From Octopus vulgaris (taxonomy: Eukaryota), in assembly GCA_951406725.2 (NCBI GenBank), contig OX597814.1:120962001-121026000 (forward strand): 64,000 nucleotides of DNA, written 5' to 3'. Every line of letters starts with the position of its first letter. Position 1 is the first letter of the stretch. Shown here piece after piece: positions 28,351-40,756 of this stretch. The notes under the pieces are model-generated. The model was given only the letters and a program-made list of their open reading frames with translations, was not told where the DNA came from and searched no databases. Position numbers and translations under genes: made by a program.

Positions 28351-28789
28351 CTTCCAAAATATAACTCTACAGCCACTGATCTTAGCCAGAACGGACAGAG
28401 GCATTTGCCACTAGATATCCTCCCCAACACACATAGACTTTAAGACTACAACCGACACCTACTGTATTTTTTAAATTCCTTTCATTTTGCTTTTTTTTGT
28501 TTATCTACTTCCCTTATCTTCCTCCACCTCCTCATCCTCTCTCTACCCCTACACAATATACTAAGACACCGTATGCCCATGTACCTTCCTTTATCCTAAA
28601 GCCAATCCTTAAATTCCTCCCCTCATTCTATCTACTTCTCTTTCTATTTACCTGCTTTCCTTTCCTTTCGTGTGTGTATGTGTGTGTGTATGTGTGAGAC
28701 AGAGTGAGTGATCCACTAGAAAATTTTTAAGATATTAAGACGGTTTCTTCACATGAAACAAATGGTACACATATATTCAGAAACTGAAT

Positions 28790-28972
28790 GCGAGCCACCT
28801 TTTTGCTAAGTCAACCTTGAATTTATTGATACTTTTCCAATTTTGTTTATAGTACATTTATCAGTATTGCTATCTAGACTTCAGTAGAATTGCTGGTTAT
28901 TGAGTGCTTCTAGCACCATTCCCTTGTAGTGCGTCTTGTCCATTATAATAATAGCTCATCCTTCGTCAGCTT
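28790..28972 (-). pseudogene. Penelope-like RT N-terminal fragment
   Basis: Minus strand ADEG*AIIIMDKTHYKGMVLEALNNQQFY (cf. PLE ADKGxAVVIMD...Y). Confidence 0.6.
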
Positions 28973-28973
28973 A

Positions 28974-29004
<31 letters not shown>

Positions 29005-29007
29005 TTT

Positions 29008-29594
29008 TACTAAGCCCTAATTATATAATGTAAAATTTTGAATTCGCCTTAAATGGTCATTTACATACTGAACACTTGGTGAAATTGATTAATTAATTAA
29101 TTTTACCCTCAATTGTTGATATTATAATTCATTTCTCTCGGTCATACTGCCTCGGTTCTCGCAGTTAAAATATAATGTTTGCTAGATAGACCACGTGGGT
29201 GGAAGGGGATTGAAGAAATTTACGCCTGCGCATTTTGAATTTGTTGACACTGTTAGTTGGAGTGGTTCATCTGAACTGATAAGTTCGCTGATAGGTAAAG
29301 TTCCTTCTTTTTAGTGTTTCCAAATCCAAATTAAGAAATTTTGAGCTGACGATGGAAATGCTGATTTTATTTGGCTAATCTTGAAACGTTGACGTACTCA
29401 AACGATGTATGTACTTGTGATATTTTTCTGTATTTACCTCCAAACCTTCGTGGGCTGTCTGGAGTAAACATTATCTGAGAGAAATTTTCTTTAAGTAGTA
29501 GAAATGCTAAGAAAATTTTTTTTTGGCTGCTATTTCTACTAAGTTCAGTATGTGGCAAAGTAATTTATTTTACTAAGCCCTAATTATATAATGT

Positions 29595-29599
<5 letters not shown>
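29008..29599 (+). mobile_element. Retrozyme-like monomer (~563 bp) with terminal redundancy, in (TA)n
   Basis: Identical tactaagccctaattatataatgtaaaat at 29008 and 29571; contains the hammerhead at 29340-29402; no credible ORF. Confidence 0.65.
29340..29402 (+). ncRNA. Type I hammerhead ribozyme (predicted)
   Basis: uuugag CUGACGA [stem II] GAAA cguugacg UA cucaaa: 6-bp stem I, intact core, near-palindromic stem III; stem II imperfect. Confidence 0.75.
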
Positions 29600-29665
<66 letters not shown>

Positions 29666-29709
29666 TTACCTCATATGTATATTTACCGTATATGTATATT
29701 TACCAATAT

Positions 29710-29897
29710 TGTTCCGCCAATATCGCTTGACAACCGATGCTGGTGTGTTTACTTCCCCGTAACCTAGCGGTTCGGCAAAATAGATCGATAGAATAGGTAC
29801 TAGTCTTACAAAGAATTAGTCCTGGGGTCGATTTGCTCGACTAAAGGCGGTACTCCAGCATGGCCACAGTCAAATGACTGAAACAAAAGAGTAAAAG

Positions 29898-29898
<1 letters not shown>
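29710..29898 (+). mobile_element. SINE family B 3' half
   Basis: atcgcttgacaaccgatgctggtgtgttt...ctccagcatggccacagtcaaatgactgaaacaaaagagtaaaaga. Confidence 0.75.
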
Positions 29899-29933
<35 letters not shown>

Positions 29934-29997
29934 GGGGGGTGTATGCATATATATGTACATCTGTATAGATACATTTATTTATATATATATATATATA

Positions 29998-31968
29998 CTT
30001 TATTTTAAGCAGCAGAAAATTCAACAAAATCTGTTACTCTGAGTTTCTCGTTGCCGTTCATCAGACAGTTTTTGCTAGAATGGAACTTATATATTAATTC
30101 AATCTATACTCTTACAAACGCTACACCTTTAAAAAGAAATGGACTTGTTTGATTGGCCCTTTAGAAAAAACGGTCAATCTTCGAGCGATAAACAAAAAGG
30201 TCAAAAATATATGTATATATATATATAAAAAAAACTTATAAAAATTATAAAATCCGAGGAAAAAACCGAGGAAAAAACCTATTGCCGTTAATGAAGACAG
30301 TACAAATTAATGCATAGAAATTAAACCTGTTATAAATACTGCAATACATATTTATATTAAAATCCACATATATATATCAACATACACAAAAGGATGCGTG
30401 TAAACGCCATACATACATATACAGACGTATGAATATGAATCTAAATTATACACATAAAAGCATGTGTACATATATTCACGCAAACCGTCTCGCACGCAAG
30501 CTAAAATTCATCTATGTAGCAATTCTCATATACTGAGCAAGGAGGGGGAACGAAAGAAAGGGAAAGAGAGAAAAAGGAACGAAGGAGGGGTGGGGAAAAA
30601 ACTTGTAGCGATGTTGTTGGCATCTATAGAGGCCAGTATACATACAAGTTTGAATTGATACATATACATACCGTCGTGTGTATGCGTGCTTAAGCACAAG
30701 CATACTTTCACTTACACATACACAGATACGCATGCTTACAAATACATATGCTTTGCTATACACAAACTTATATAAACATTCTAAATTTGACAACATTGCT
30801 TTTTTTAAAAAAAAAACATTGCTTTTAAAAAATGGGTGCATTAATAAAAATATATACGAAAGACATATAAAATAAAATATAACATCCTATTTTGGGTCAT
30901 TTATAAATAATCAAGGTAATATAAATAATCAAGGTAATATAAATAATCAAGGTAATCCTATGCAATACAATAACATGAAAACAAAGTTTGTAGGTTTTTC
31001 CTAATATATATGTAGAAACAATAAGACTTTGCTATAGGTCCGTCGTAGCGCTCAAGAGTCAAAATCAAAATCAAAAAATCAAAATACAAAATATATACTC
31101 TATCCATATGGTATATTTATATTCGACATTTTAAATTTAGCCGCGTGCCTACATAAGTTCATTAACTCACTTCTTTGATTCAAAGAATTATTGTCTTTGA
31201 ATAATATGTGCATTTTCTCTAATAAGCAAAGCCTGCACTTGAAATTATATTTGTAAGCTCCATGCCTGTATGGTGCCGCCCTGTCCAGAATGCTCCATGT
31301 CACGTTGAAAGGTGGGGCTTCCTTTTCTTTTAGTTCCCAGACATATTTTGCTAGGCTGGTTTTCTTCCTATTCTCTGGGTATTTAAAAGAATTCTTATGA
31401 GAATAAAATCTTGTTTTAAATGAATTTTCTGAAGCCCCTGTGTATGTCTTGTATTCCGATAGAGCCTTCCACTTGCACCTTGGCTCTATAAACTACTCCT
31501 TTCACTAGACATTTCCCTTCTAACGGACAGGAGCTTTCGTTTTTGCAATTACATTTCTTAATGGGCTCGGCACCATGTCTAATCTCAATTAGCTTCCTAT
31601 TATGTTGGCTAATGTAAGAGGCGAAATTTCTGCAACAAGAATAGCTAACCTTCAGGGTTCTTCTATTAAATATTCGGTAGAATTTATGACCCTGCTTAAA
31701 ATGCTTAGAGACTAATCTCAAAAATTCGTTACCTATATTAGTCTTTACGGCCAAATTGAAAGCCGGGTTGAACCACAAAACTTTCCTGGTCCTAGTTCTT
31801 CGTGCAGCATTATTATTAGCATTAAGCTGGTTGAACTGGATCTTCTCCGAGGAATCCACTATTCTTTAATGCGCTATCGTAATAAGGTGCAGCATTATGG
31901 AATGCTGCCTCGTCCGAAGAAATTGAAGATATTCTTCTACCTACATTGCTGACTAAGTTGCTAAGGAT
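29998..31968 (-). mobile_element. 5'-truncated Penelope-like element (Naiad-like): RT thumb, linker, GIY-YIG endonuclease, 3' region with hammerhead
   Basis: RRISSISSDEAAF..AAPYY..ALKNSG, RTRKVLWFNPAF, KVSYSC, CNC....CPLEGKC, GVVYRA...TYTGA...FKTRF..H, CRLCLLEK, CRH; stop at 31100; ends AATAAA then (TA)n. Confidence 0.9.
30026..30073 (-). ncRNA. Minimal type I hammerhead ribozyme in the PLE terminal region (predicted)
   Basis: Minus strand: aaaacugu CUGAUGA acg gcaa cga GAAA cucagag UA acagauuuu; stem I cugu/acag, GCAA tetraloop stem II, near-palindromic stem III. Confidence 0.8.
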
Positions 31969-31969
31969 A

Positions 31970-33503
31970 ACTAACGAATTTTTGAGATTAGTCTCTAAGC
32001 ATTTTAAGCAGGGTCATAAATTCTACAGAATATTTAATAGAAGAACCCTGAAGGTTAGCTATTCTTGTTGCAGAAATTTCGCCTCTTACATTAGCCAACA
32101 TAATAGGAAGCTAATTGAGATTAGACATGGTGCCGAGCCCATTAAGAAATGTAATTGCAAAAACGAAAGCTCCTGTCCGTTAGAAGGGAAATGTCTAGTG
32201 AAAGGGAGTAGATTATAGAGCCAAGGTGCAAGTGGAAGGCTCATCGGAATACAAGACATACACAGGGGCTTCAGAAAATTCATTTAAAACAAGATTTTAT
32301 TCTCATAAGAATTCTTTTAAATACCCAGAGAATAGGAAGAAAACCAGCCTAGCAAAATATGTCTGGGAACTAAAAGAAAAGGAAGCCCCACCTTTCAACG
32401 TGACATGGAGCATTCTGGACGAGGGCGGCACCATACAGGCATGGAGCTTACAAATATAATTTCAAGTGCAGGCTTTGCTTATTAGAAAATGCATATTATT
32501 CAAAGACAATAATTCTTTGAATCAAAGAAGTGAGTTAATGAACTTATGTAGGCACGCGGTAAATTTAAAATGTCAGATATAAATATACCATATGGATAGA
32601 GTATATATTTTGTATTTTGATTTTGATTTTGATTTTGACTCTTGAGCTCTATAGCAAGTCTTATTGTTTCTACATATATATTAGGAAAAACCTACAAACT
32701 TTTGTTTTCATGTTATTGTATTGCATAGGATTACCTTGATTATTTATATTACCTTGATTATTTATATTACCTTGATTATTTATAAATGACCCAAAATAGG
32801 ATGTTATATTTTATTTTATATGTCTTTCGTATATATTTTTATTAATGCACCCATTTTTAAATAATGTTTTTTTAAAAAAAAGCAATGTTGTCAAATTTAG
32901 AATGTTTATATAAGTTTGTGTATAGCAAAGCATATGTATTTGTATGCGTATCTGTGTATGTGTAAAATTAGAATATGCTTGTGCTTAAGCACATACACAC
33001 GACGGTATGTATATGTATCAATTCAAACTTGTGTATGTATACTGGCCTCTATAGATGCCAACAACATCGCTACAAGTTTTTCCCCACCCTCCTTCGTTCC
33101 TTTTCTCTCTTTCCCTTTCTTTCGTTCCCCCTCCTTGCTCATATATGAGAATTGCTACATAGATGAATTTTAGCTTGCGTGCGAGACGGTTTGCGTGAAT
33201 ATATGTACACATGCTTTTATGTGTATAATTTAGATTCATATTCATACGTCTGTATATGTATGTATGGCGTTCACACGCATCCTTTTGTGTATGTTGATAT
33301 ATATATATGTGGATTTTAATATATATATGTATTGCAGTATTTATAACAGGTTTAATTTCTATGCATTAATTTGTACTGTCTTCATTAACGGCAATAGGTT
33401 TTTCCTCGGTTTTTCATATATATATATATATATATACATATATTTTTGACCTTTTTGTTGACCGTTTTTTCTAAAGGGTGGGTTCCATTCTAGCAAAAAC
33501 TGT
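31970..33503 (+). mobile_element. Inverted second copy of the same PLE 3' region
   Basis: Reverse complement of ~30065-31731 with many small deletions; ORF pieces 31946-32218 and 32226-32459 repeat the same peptide. Confidence 0.9.
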
Positions 33504-33533
33504 ATGCATATATATGTACATCTGTATAGATAC

Positions 33534-33579
<46 letters not shown>

Positions 33580-34414
33580 ACATATGTATATACCCACATG
33601 TGATAAAGAGGAATTTAATATTAAATAAAATAAAGACCTAACACCAACCCTAAACTTTTCAGGAAAATGGGTTAGATTACTTTTCATTATTCGGCCTCAT
33701 AGTCTACGTTGTACTCTTTGATGGAACGTAGGATGCTGAAGCCCCAAACTTAGTGATTTGCCTTTCATTCAAAAAGAGCAAGGTATACATAAGCATCTAT
33801 CCGTCTACCCATTCACTCATCCATCCTTTCATACATTCATAAATACATACTTACATACATATATATATTCATATATATATGCGTGTGTGTAATGTATGTA
33901 CTATGTAGGTGTTTTATGTCTGTGCATGTATATATATATTGAAATAATTGCATAAACTCACGCACACTCAGATGCACACAAACACAGACGCACACATACT
34001 CACGCATACACGCACACACAGACTCAAACACACAGACATAGACACGTATACACTAAAATATGGTAATGAGAATGTGAATCTGTGTATACATGTTGTGACT
34101 TTTGGAGGAGGTATTTTCAAGCAACGAATTTACCTGCCCGATAACATAATCAGAAGAAAAGATTTCAGTGGAATTTCATTGAGGTTTCAGTTTGGTAAAA
34201 ATTGATTTTTTTTTGTAGGTTTTCTGCACTACAATGACTAGAAGCATAACAGAAAATCAATGTTGCTATGGTAACTAGAATCTTAAGTACATGAAGTATA
34301 CTAAGAAAACAAAGCACTGAAATGACTTATAAAATGGAAGCAGACACACACACATATATATGCATGCCTCTCACTTTGTCTCTCTCTTTCCCCCATAACT
34401 CTCGTTCTACATCA

Positions 34415-34520
<106 letters not shown>

Positions 34521-34583
34521 CTTTATTTAAAGCAGCAGAAAATTCAACAAAACCTGTTGCCGTTCATCGGACAGTTTTTGCTA

Positions 34584-34587
<4 letters not shown>
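34521..34587 (-). mobile_element. Tiny 3'-end fragment of the same PLE family in (TA)n, hammerhead centre deleted
   Basis: ctttatttaaagcagcagaaaattcaacaaaacctgtt/gccgttcatcggacagtttttgctagaat matches 29998-30081 minus ~17 nt. Confidence 0.8.
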
Positions 34588-34663
<76 letters not shown>

Positions 34664-34691
34664 GTATACACGTGTATATATATATATACAC

Positions 34692-34726
<35 letters not shown>

Positions 34727-34831
34727 TATATACTGATGTAGAACGAGAGATATGGGGGAAAGAGAGAGGAAAAAGTTACTATCATAGCGATGGTGATCAG
34801 AAGGAGGAAATAGAGGAACAGGAGTTTAATG

Positions 34832-34881
<50 letters not shown>

Positions 34882-35482
34882 TCATTTTCATCATCGTTAT
34901 CGTCATATAAACATCGTCAAAGGGAGGAGTAGTAATAACGTGGCGATGGTTATTGTGAAGGTGAAGGGAGTTTGAAAGAGGAGGATGGGTGTCTCATGAT
35001 AGTAATGTCAATATCACGCGATACAGTGCTTCTAATTTCTTGGTCAATTCAATGTTTCGTGGTTTCGATATTTCATACGTAAAATAGATTTGTGATGGGT
35101 GCAGTACCAGTTTGAATTACTAAATATTCTGTCAACTAATAAACACTTTTCTAAGTAAACACATGATTATAACATACACTTGCTTTTATATATGTATATA
35201 TATATATAAATATATATATTATAATAACACAATATAAATACTATATAAATATACATACATATATGTCCATTCCTACATATATATGTGCATATACATGCAT
35301 ATATGGATACAGGGCATCAAAAATAACAAATAAAAACGTTGAATGCAATGAGAAACGAAACCAAAAATCAAAAACATAGAAACGAACTTTGTTTGAACAA
35401 CGGAAATAAAAAGCAGAGAAACGAAACATACAACATAAAGAATATTCCCCTTCTTCAGTTGTCCCTATTTCATCTATACCAC

Positions 35483-35549
<67 letters not shown>

Positions 35550-35959
35550 CTTTCACAAATTCAGTTTCAATATTCATTTGGCATAGACACTATTCTCTGC
35601 TTGATGGGTTACAGTCAGTGTGTCGCTTAAACAAATAAAATGCATCCAGTATTTTTGCATCTTCCCAGTCCCTGCATCGTGGAATACACATTCTAATTGT
35701 GGCAATGCAATACTAGGAAAACAAATTATACTCATGAAATTCCTAATCATGCCTTCAGACACTATCCATTGAACTAAATTCCGGCTATCAGTCTACTTCA
35801 TTTTTTGTTAAGCCTATATAGGACCTAGGTAACTCACCCAGAAGTTATACACAAATAAATAGAAGAGTGCCATACCCCTGTGGAAGGCATGCTAGATGCC
35901 GAAATATCGTTCAATCAATTTCACATGATAAGGCAGCCTTCTATTTATTTATCTATTTA

Positions 35960-36015
35960 TTTATCATCATCATCATCATTATCATCATCATCATCGTCAT
36001 TATTACTATTACTAC

Positions 36016-36049
<34 letters not shown>

Positions 36050-36076
36050 GCTACTACTACTACTACTACAACTATT

Positions 36077-36131
<55 letters not shown>

Positions 36132-36147
36132 TTATTATTATTATTAT
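35960..36147. repeat. Compound (ATC)n/(CTA)n/(ATT)n microsatellite
   Basis: Direct reading. Confidence 0.95.
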
Positions 36148-36702
36148 TGAGTGAGAGAGCAGTTCATGCGATCAAAGTGATACTGGGGTAAAATATACGA
36201 AGCCCAATATACCCATCATGACTACCCGTCTGATTAGGGTACACCAGGCACATGCATCACAACCATATGTGCGCGACATGGTGATCTCATAAAAAGATAA
36301 ACAGCACATGACCTTGCAGGTGGGGCCCAGTTAGAATTTTCTTCTGGTTGAGTAGCCCATCCCACTCAAAAGGTCCCTGAATAAGGGTTGTTTAAGGATG
36401 TTGAAAGAACCACCCATGTTTCCAGAGGTGAATTATTCAAACCCCAAAGAATCCCTCTCAATGCATGGCTATGATGCTCCCCCACTACTTCTGCTCGTGA
36501 TCAGAGATGCACATATCGTCAGCCACTAAGGGACATGCTCAACTGGTTAAGGTCAAACAACTGACAAGCAAATCTGTGGTATTGAGCAGAATATTTGCTG
36601 TAGCCCATCTTTTATACCAAGACAAAACAATGTACATGATAACACTTCCAATCAGTTAAGATCAGAAGCCATGAGAGCCACTGCCTGGCACTGCATCAGA
36701 GA

Positions 36703-36705
<3 letters not shown>
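36148..36705. mobile_element. Non-coding interspersed element bounded by (ATT)n tracts
   Basis: GC-richer 560-bp block sharply delimited by (ATT)n on both sides, no credible ORF; family identity not established. Confidence 0.5.
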
Positions 36706-36759
<54 letters not shown>

Positions 36760-37343
36760 CATCATCATCATTATTATTATTATCATTATTATTATTGTTG
36801 CTCACATCACTGTACTCTTTATATTAACTGCTTCGCAATTGTTAACTAGCGTCGCGGAAGATGCCTAGGAGTTTTTTTCAAAATATTTAGAAACAGCGTG
36901 CAGCTTACATACTGAAAAATGCGTCATACGTTCTCGAATACAGTTCTGTACGTCTTTCTAATACTTTAATTACACACTATAATTTTACTTGAACGGTGAC
37001 GAATTCTGTGACGCCTATAGAGCTGAAAGGCATGATTCAAAGATATGTTTATTAAATACAAATCTCTACATTATGAACACGTAAACATTGCGATGAGGAA
37101 ACTAGCTTCAGAACAGTGACTGTTGATAAACTCTTCTCAGGGGAACATTCTAAGCAGCAAATATATTATATTATCGTTATACTATTCGTTCTAGTGTCTT
37201 TCCTAATTTGTAAAAGACTAACATCAGTCTCTTTGTACCACGTAGGAAATATATTTATTTACATTTAGTATGAGAGAGGATTTCTTCCTTTACAAACATA
37301 CATGCATATAAGCATACACACACACACCTACAAAAATAAATAC

Positions 37344-37374
<31 letters not shown>

Positions 37375-37578
37375 CATACATACATACATACATACATACA
37401 TACATACATACATACATACCTGTATATGTGGGTGTTGTGATTTTGTACATTTATATATATATATATATATATACATTTTAGCGTAAGAGATTTTTTCTCC
37501 ACGACAAATTCACTGAACTTGAATTAAGAAGTTAATATATGTCACACATATTTTCATATGCCAAATAACTTAAGGCAC

Positions 37579-37671
<93 letters not shown>

Positions 37672-38202
37672 ATATACATATAAATTATCTATAGAGAGTG
37701 GGAGAGAGAGAAAAGAGAGACTGAGAGAGACTGAGAGAGAGAAGAGAGAGACATAGAGAGAGTGTACAAGATAAGAGAGAGACAGAGAAAGAGAGGTTGC
37801 TGGAACCTATGATGGCTTCCTGGGGAACATATGTTTCCCGTACAGTACAAATGAATAACACCACTCGCAGCAGTGCAACGAAGCTATACACAGAAGATAA
37901 TCTCAATGCAACAAATTAGCTTCTAGGTAAGACGCAAAAGGTTAAGACTGTATATGCCAGTCATAAACGTTGGTGTGGAAAGTTATGCAAACACAAGAAA
38001 ACGGCACCATTTCATAGTGCCTAAAATTCCACCCCTGCCGTCAAAATATATGACCAGATACCGCAATATATATATATATATATATATATATAAGGGATTC
38101 CAACCTTGTCTGATTTTCACGTTTTATTTATAATCTTATAATGATATAATATAATATAATATAATAAAATAAAATAATAGAATGTTAAATGTTCATTCTG
38201 AT

Positions 38203-38247
38203 TGAACTAGTACTTTCATGCATTAAATTCTGTAATCTTCAGGTTCA
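38203..38247 (-). ncRNA. Minimal type I hammerhead ribozyme (predicted, stem II imperfect)
   Basis: Minus strand: ugaac CUGAAGA uuacagaauuuaaugcau GAAA guac UA guuca; 5-bp stem I, palindromic AGUACU stem III; lies in a ~205-bp block between (TA)n tracts. Confidence 0.7.
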
Positions 38248-38295
38248 TGTAGTAGTGGTGACAGTCATACTTCACAATTTTTGACTGTAGCGAGA

Positions 38296-38332
<37 letters not shown>

Positions 38333-38752
38333 TCATAAATAAGGGCAAACGAAAAAATTTCGAATGCCAAATATGCTGAAAAATTGGACATATTTTTCAT
38401 TAGCCATATATTTTTTTTTCACAATACGCACGCTACTCCAAAAAAGGTCGACAGATATTTCTAAAAAATTCCATTATAACCATATCGGACCGATTTCAGG
38501 GTTAGCTCATAACAGCCCTCCATTCGTCAGTGATACATGTGGCAAAAGAAATAAATGAGATACTTACTCATACCCATGGAAGAAGCAAACACTAAGTCAT
38601 GAGCACAATTAAGCACCCCAAATACATCCAAAATAGAAATATTTTGGAGAGGGGAGGCTGGTATGCGTGGGCGACTGCTGGTCTTCCATAAACAACCTCG
38701 GAGGGTAACTTTCTAGGTGCAATTCCATGGTCATTCATGACCGAAGGAGGAC

Positions 38753-38790
<38 letters not shown>

Positions 38791-39068
38791 TTAATAAGGG
38801 TGAGAGAATTAGATACTAATTTAATAGTATATTTATTCAACACCAAGTGGCCTAGTGCTTCGAGAAACCTGGATTATTATAATATTTTATAACATATTAT
38901 AATATTTTTACAAAATAAATATAAGAGAGTGGTCACTATATTGCTCACTCTAGCACCAGTTAATCCAAAAGGTTTCAACCACGAAAATACATGCTTACCA
39001 TGAAAGTCAGTACGATTGTTAGCTCACACGGACAGGGCAAATAAAAAATAACAAAAATACAGATTATT

Positions 39069-39149
39069 TTGGGACAATTGTTTCGCTATTAATGGATTAA
39101 ATGTAATTTTACTTACAAAAAAAAAATCCATTTATAGCTCGTCAGCCAA
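39069..39149 (-). ncRNA. Type I hammerhead ribozyme, array unit 1
   Basis: uugg CUGACGA gcua...uagc GAAA caauug UC ccaa; predicted cleavage between 39073 and 39072. Confidence 0.88.
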
Positions 39150-39606
39150 GACTATCTGGATGAAATCCACTCAATCACACGCCAGATTTTACCATAACGA
39201 TAAATACGCGTGTGGTTCAATTGATTACATCCGACGTTATAATTCAAATGCCCCAACCAACAGCGCGCCAAACTTTCACGGAAAACAAATACAGCATTTA
39301 GAAATAAATGCAGCATAATTATAATTAATTAATAAGGGTGAAAGAATTAGATACTAATTTAATAGTATATTTATTCAACACCAAGTGGCCTAGTGCTTCG
39401 AGAAACCTGGATTATTATAATATTTTATAACATATTATAATATTTTTACAAAATAAATATAAGAGAGTGGTCACTATATTGCTCACTCTAGCACCAGTTA
39501 ATCCAAAAGGTTTCAACCACGAAAATACATGCTTACCATGAAAGTCAGTACGATTGTTAGCTCACACGGACAGGGCAAATAAAAAATAACAAAAATACAG
39601 ATTATT

Positions 39607-39684
39607 TTGGGACAATTGTTTCGCTATTAATGGATTAAATGTAATTTTACTTACAAAAAAATCCATTTGTAGCTCGTCAGCCAA
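39607..39684 (-). ncRNA. Type I hammerhead ribozyme, array unit 2
   Basis: Same motif as unit 1. Confidence 0.88.
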
Positions 39685-40141
39685 GACTATCTGGATGAAA
39701 TCCACTCAATCACACGCCAGATTTTACCATAACGATAAATACGCGTGTGGTTCAATTGATTACATCCGACGTTATAATTCAAATGCCCCAACCAACAGCG
39801 CGCCAAACTTTCACGGAAAACAAATACAGCATTTAGAAATAAATGCAGCATAATTATAATTAATTAATAAGGGTGAGAGAATTAGATACTAATTTAATAG
39901 TATATTTATTCAACACCAAGTGGCCTAGTGCTTCGAGAAACCTGGATTATTATAATATTTTATAACATATTATAATATTTTTACAAAATAAATATAAGAG
40001 AGTGGTCACTATATTGCTCACTCTAGCACCAGTTAATCCAAAAGGTTTCAACCACGAAAATACATGCTTACCATGAAAGTCAGTACGATTGTTAGCTCAC
40101 ACGGACAGGGCAAATAAAAAATAACAAAAATACAGATTATT

Positions 40142-40221
40142 TTGGGACAATTGTTTCGCTATTAATGGATTAAATGTAATTTTACTTACAAAAAAAAATC
40201 CATTTGTAGCTCGTCAGCCAA
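40142..40221 (-). ncRNA. Type I hammerhead ribozyme, array unit 3
   Basis: Same motif as unit 1. Confidence 0.88.
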
Positions 40222-40678
40222 GACTATCTGGATGAAATCCACTCAATCACACGCCAGATTTTACCATAACGATAAATACGCGTGTGGTTCAATTGATTAC
40301 ATCCGACGTTATAATTCAAATGCCCCAACCAACAGCGCGCCAAACTTTCACGGAAAACAAATACAGCATTTAGAAATAAATGCAGCATAATTATAATTAA
40401 TTAATAAGGGTGAGAGAATTAGATACTAATTTAATAGTATATTTATTCAACACCAAGTGGCCTAGTGCTTCGAGAAACCTGGATTATTATAATATTTTAT
40501 AACATATTATAATATTTTTACAAAATAAATATAAGAGAGTGGTCACTATATTGCTCACTCTAGCACCAGTTAATCCAAAAGGTTTCAACCACGAAAATAC
40601 ATGCTTACCATGAAAGTCAGTACGATTGTTAGCTCACACGGACAGGGCAAATAAAAAATAACAAAAATACAGATTATT

Positions 40679-40756
40679 TTGGGACAATTGTTTCGCTATT
40701 AATGGATTAAATGTAATTTTACTTACAAAAAAATCCATTTGTAGCTCGTCAGCCAA
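40679..40756 (-). ncRNA. Type I hammerhead ribozyme, array unit 4
   Basis: Same motif as unit 1. Confidence 0.88.

Noticed and set aside
28950-28972. CTGACGA on the minus strand as a hammerhead core
   Set aside because: No GAAA or stem III; it is the ADEG codons of a PLE RT fragment
35440-35482. Minus-strand ctgaaga in a TA-bounded element
   Set aside because: No downstream GAAA/UH in register
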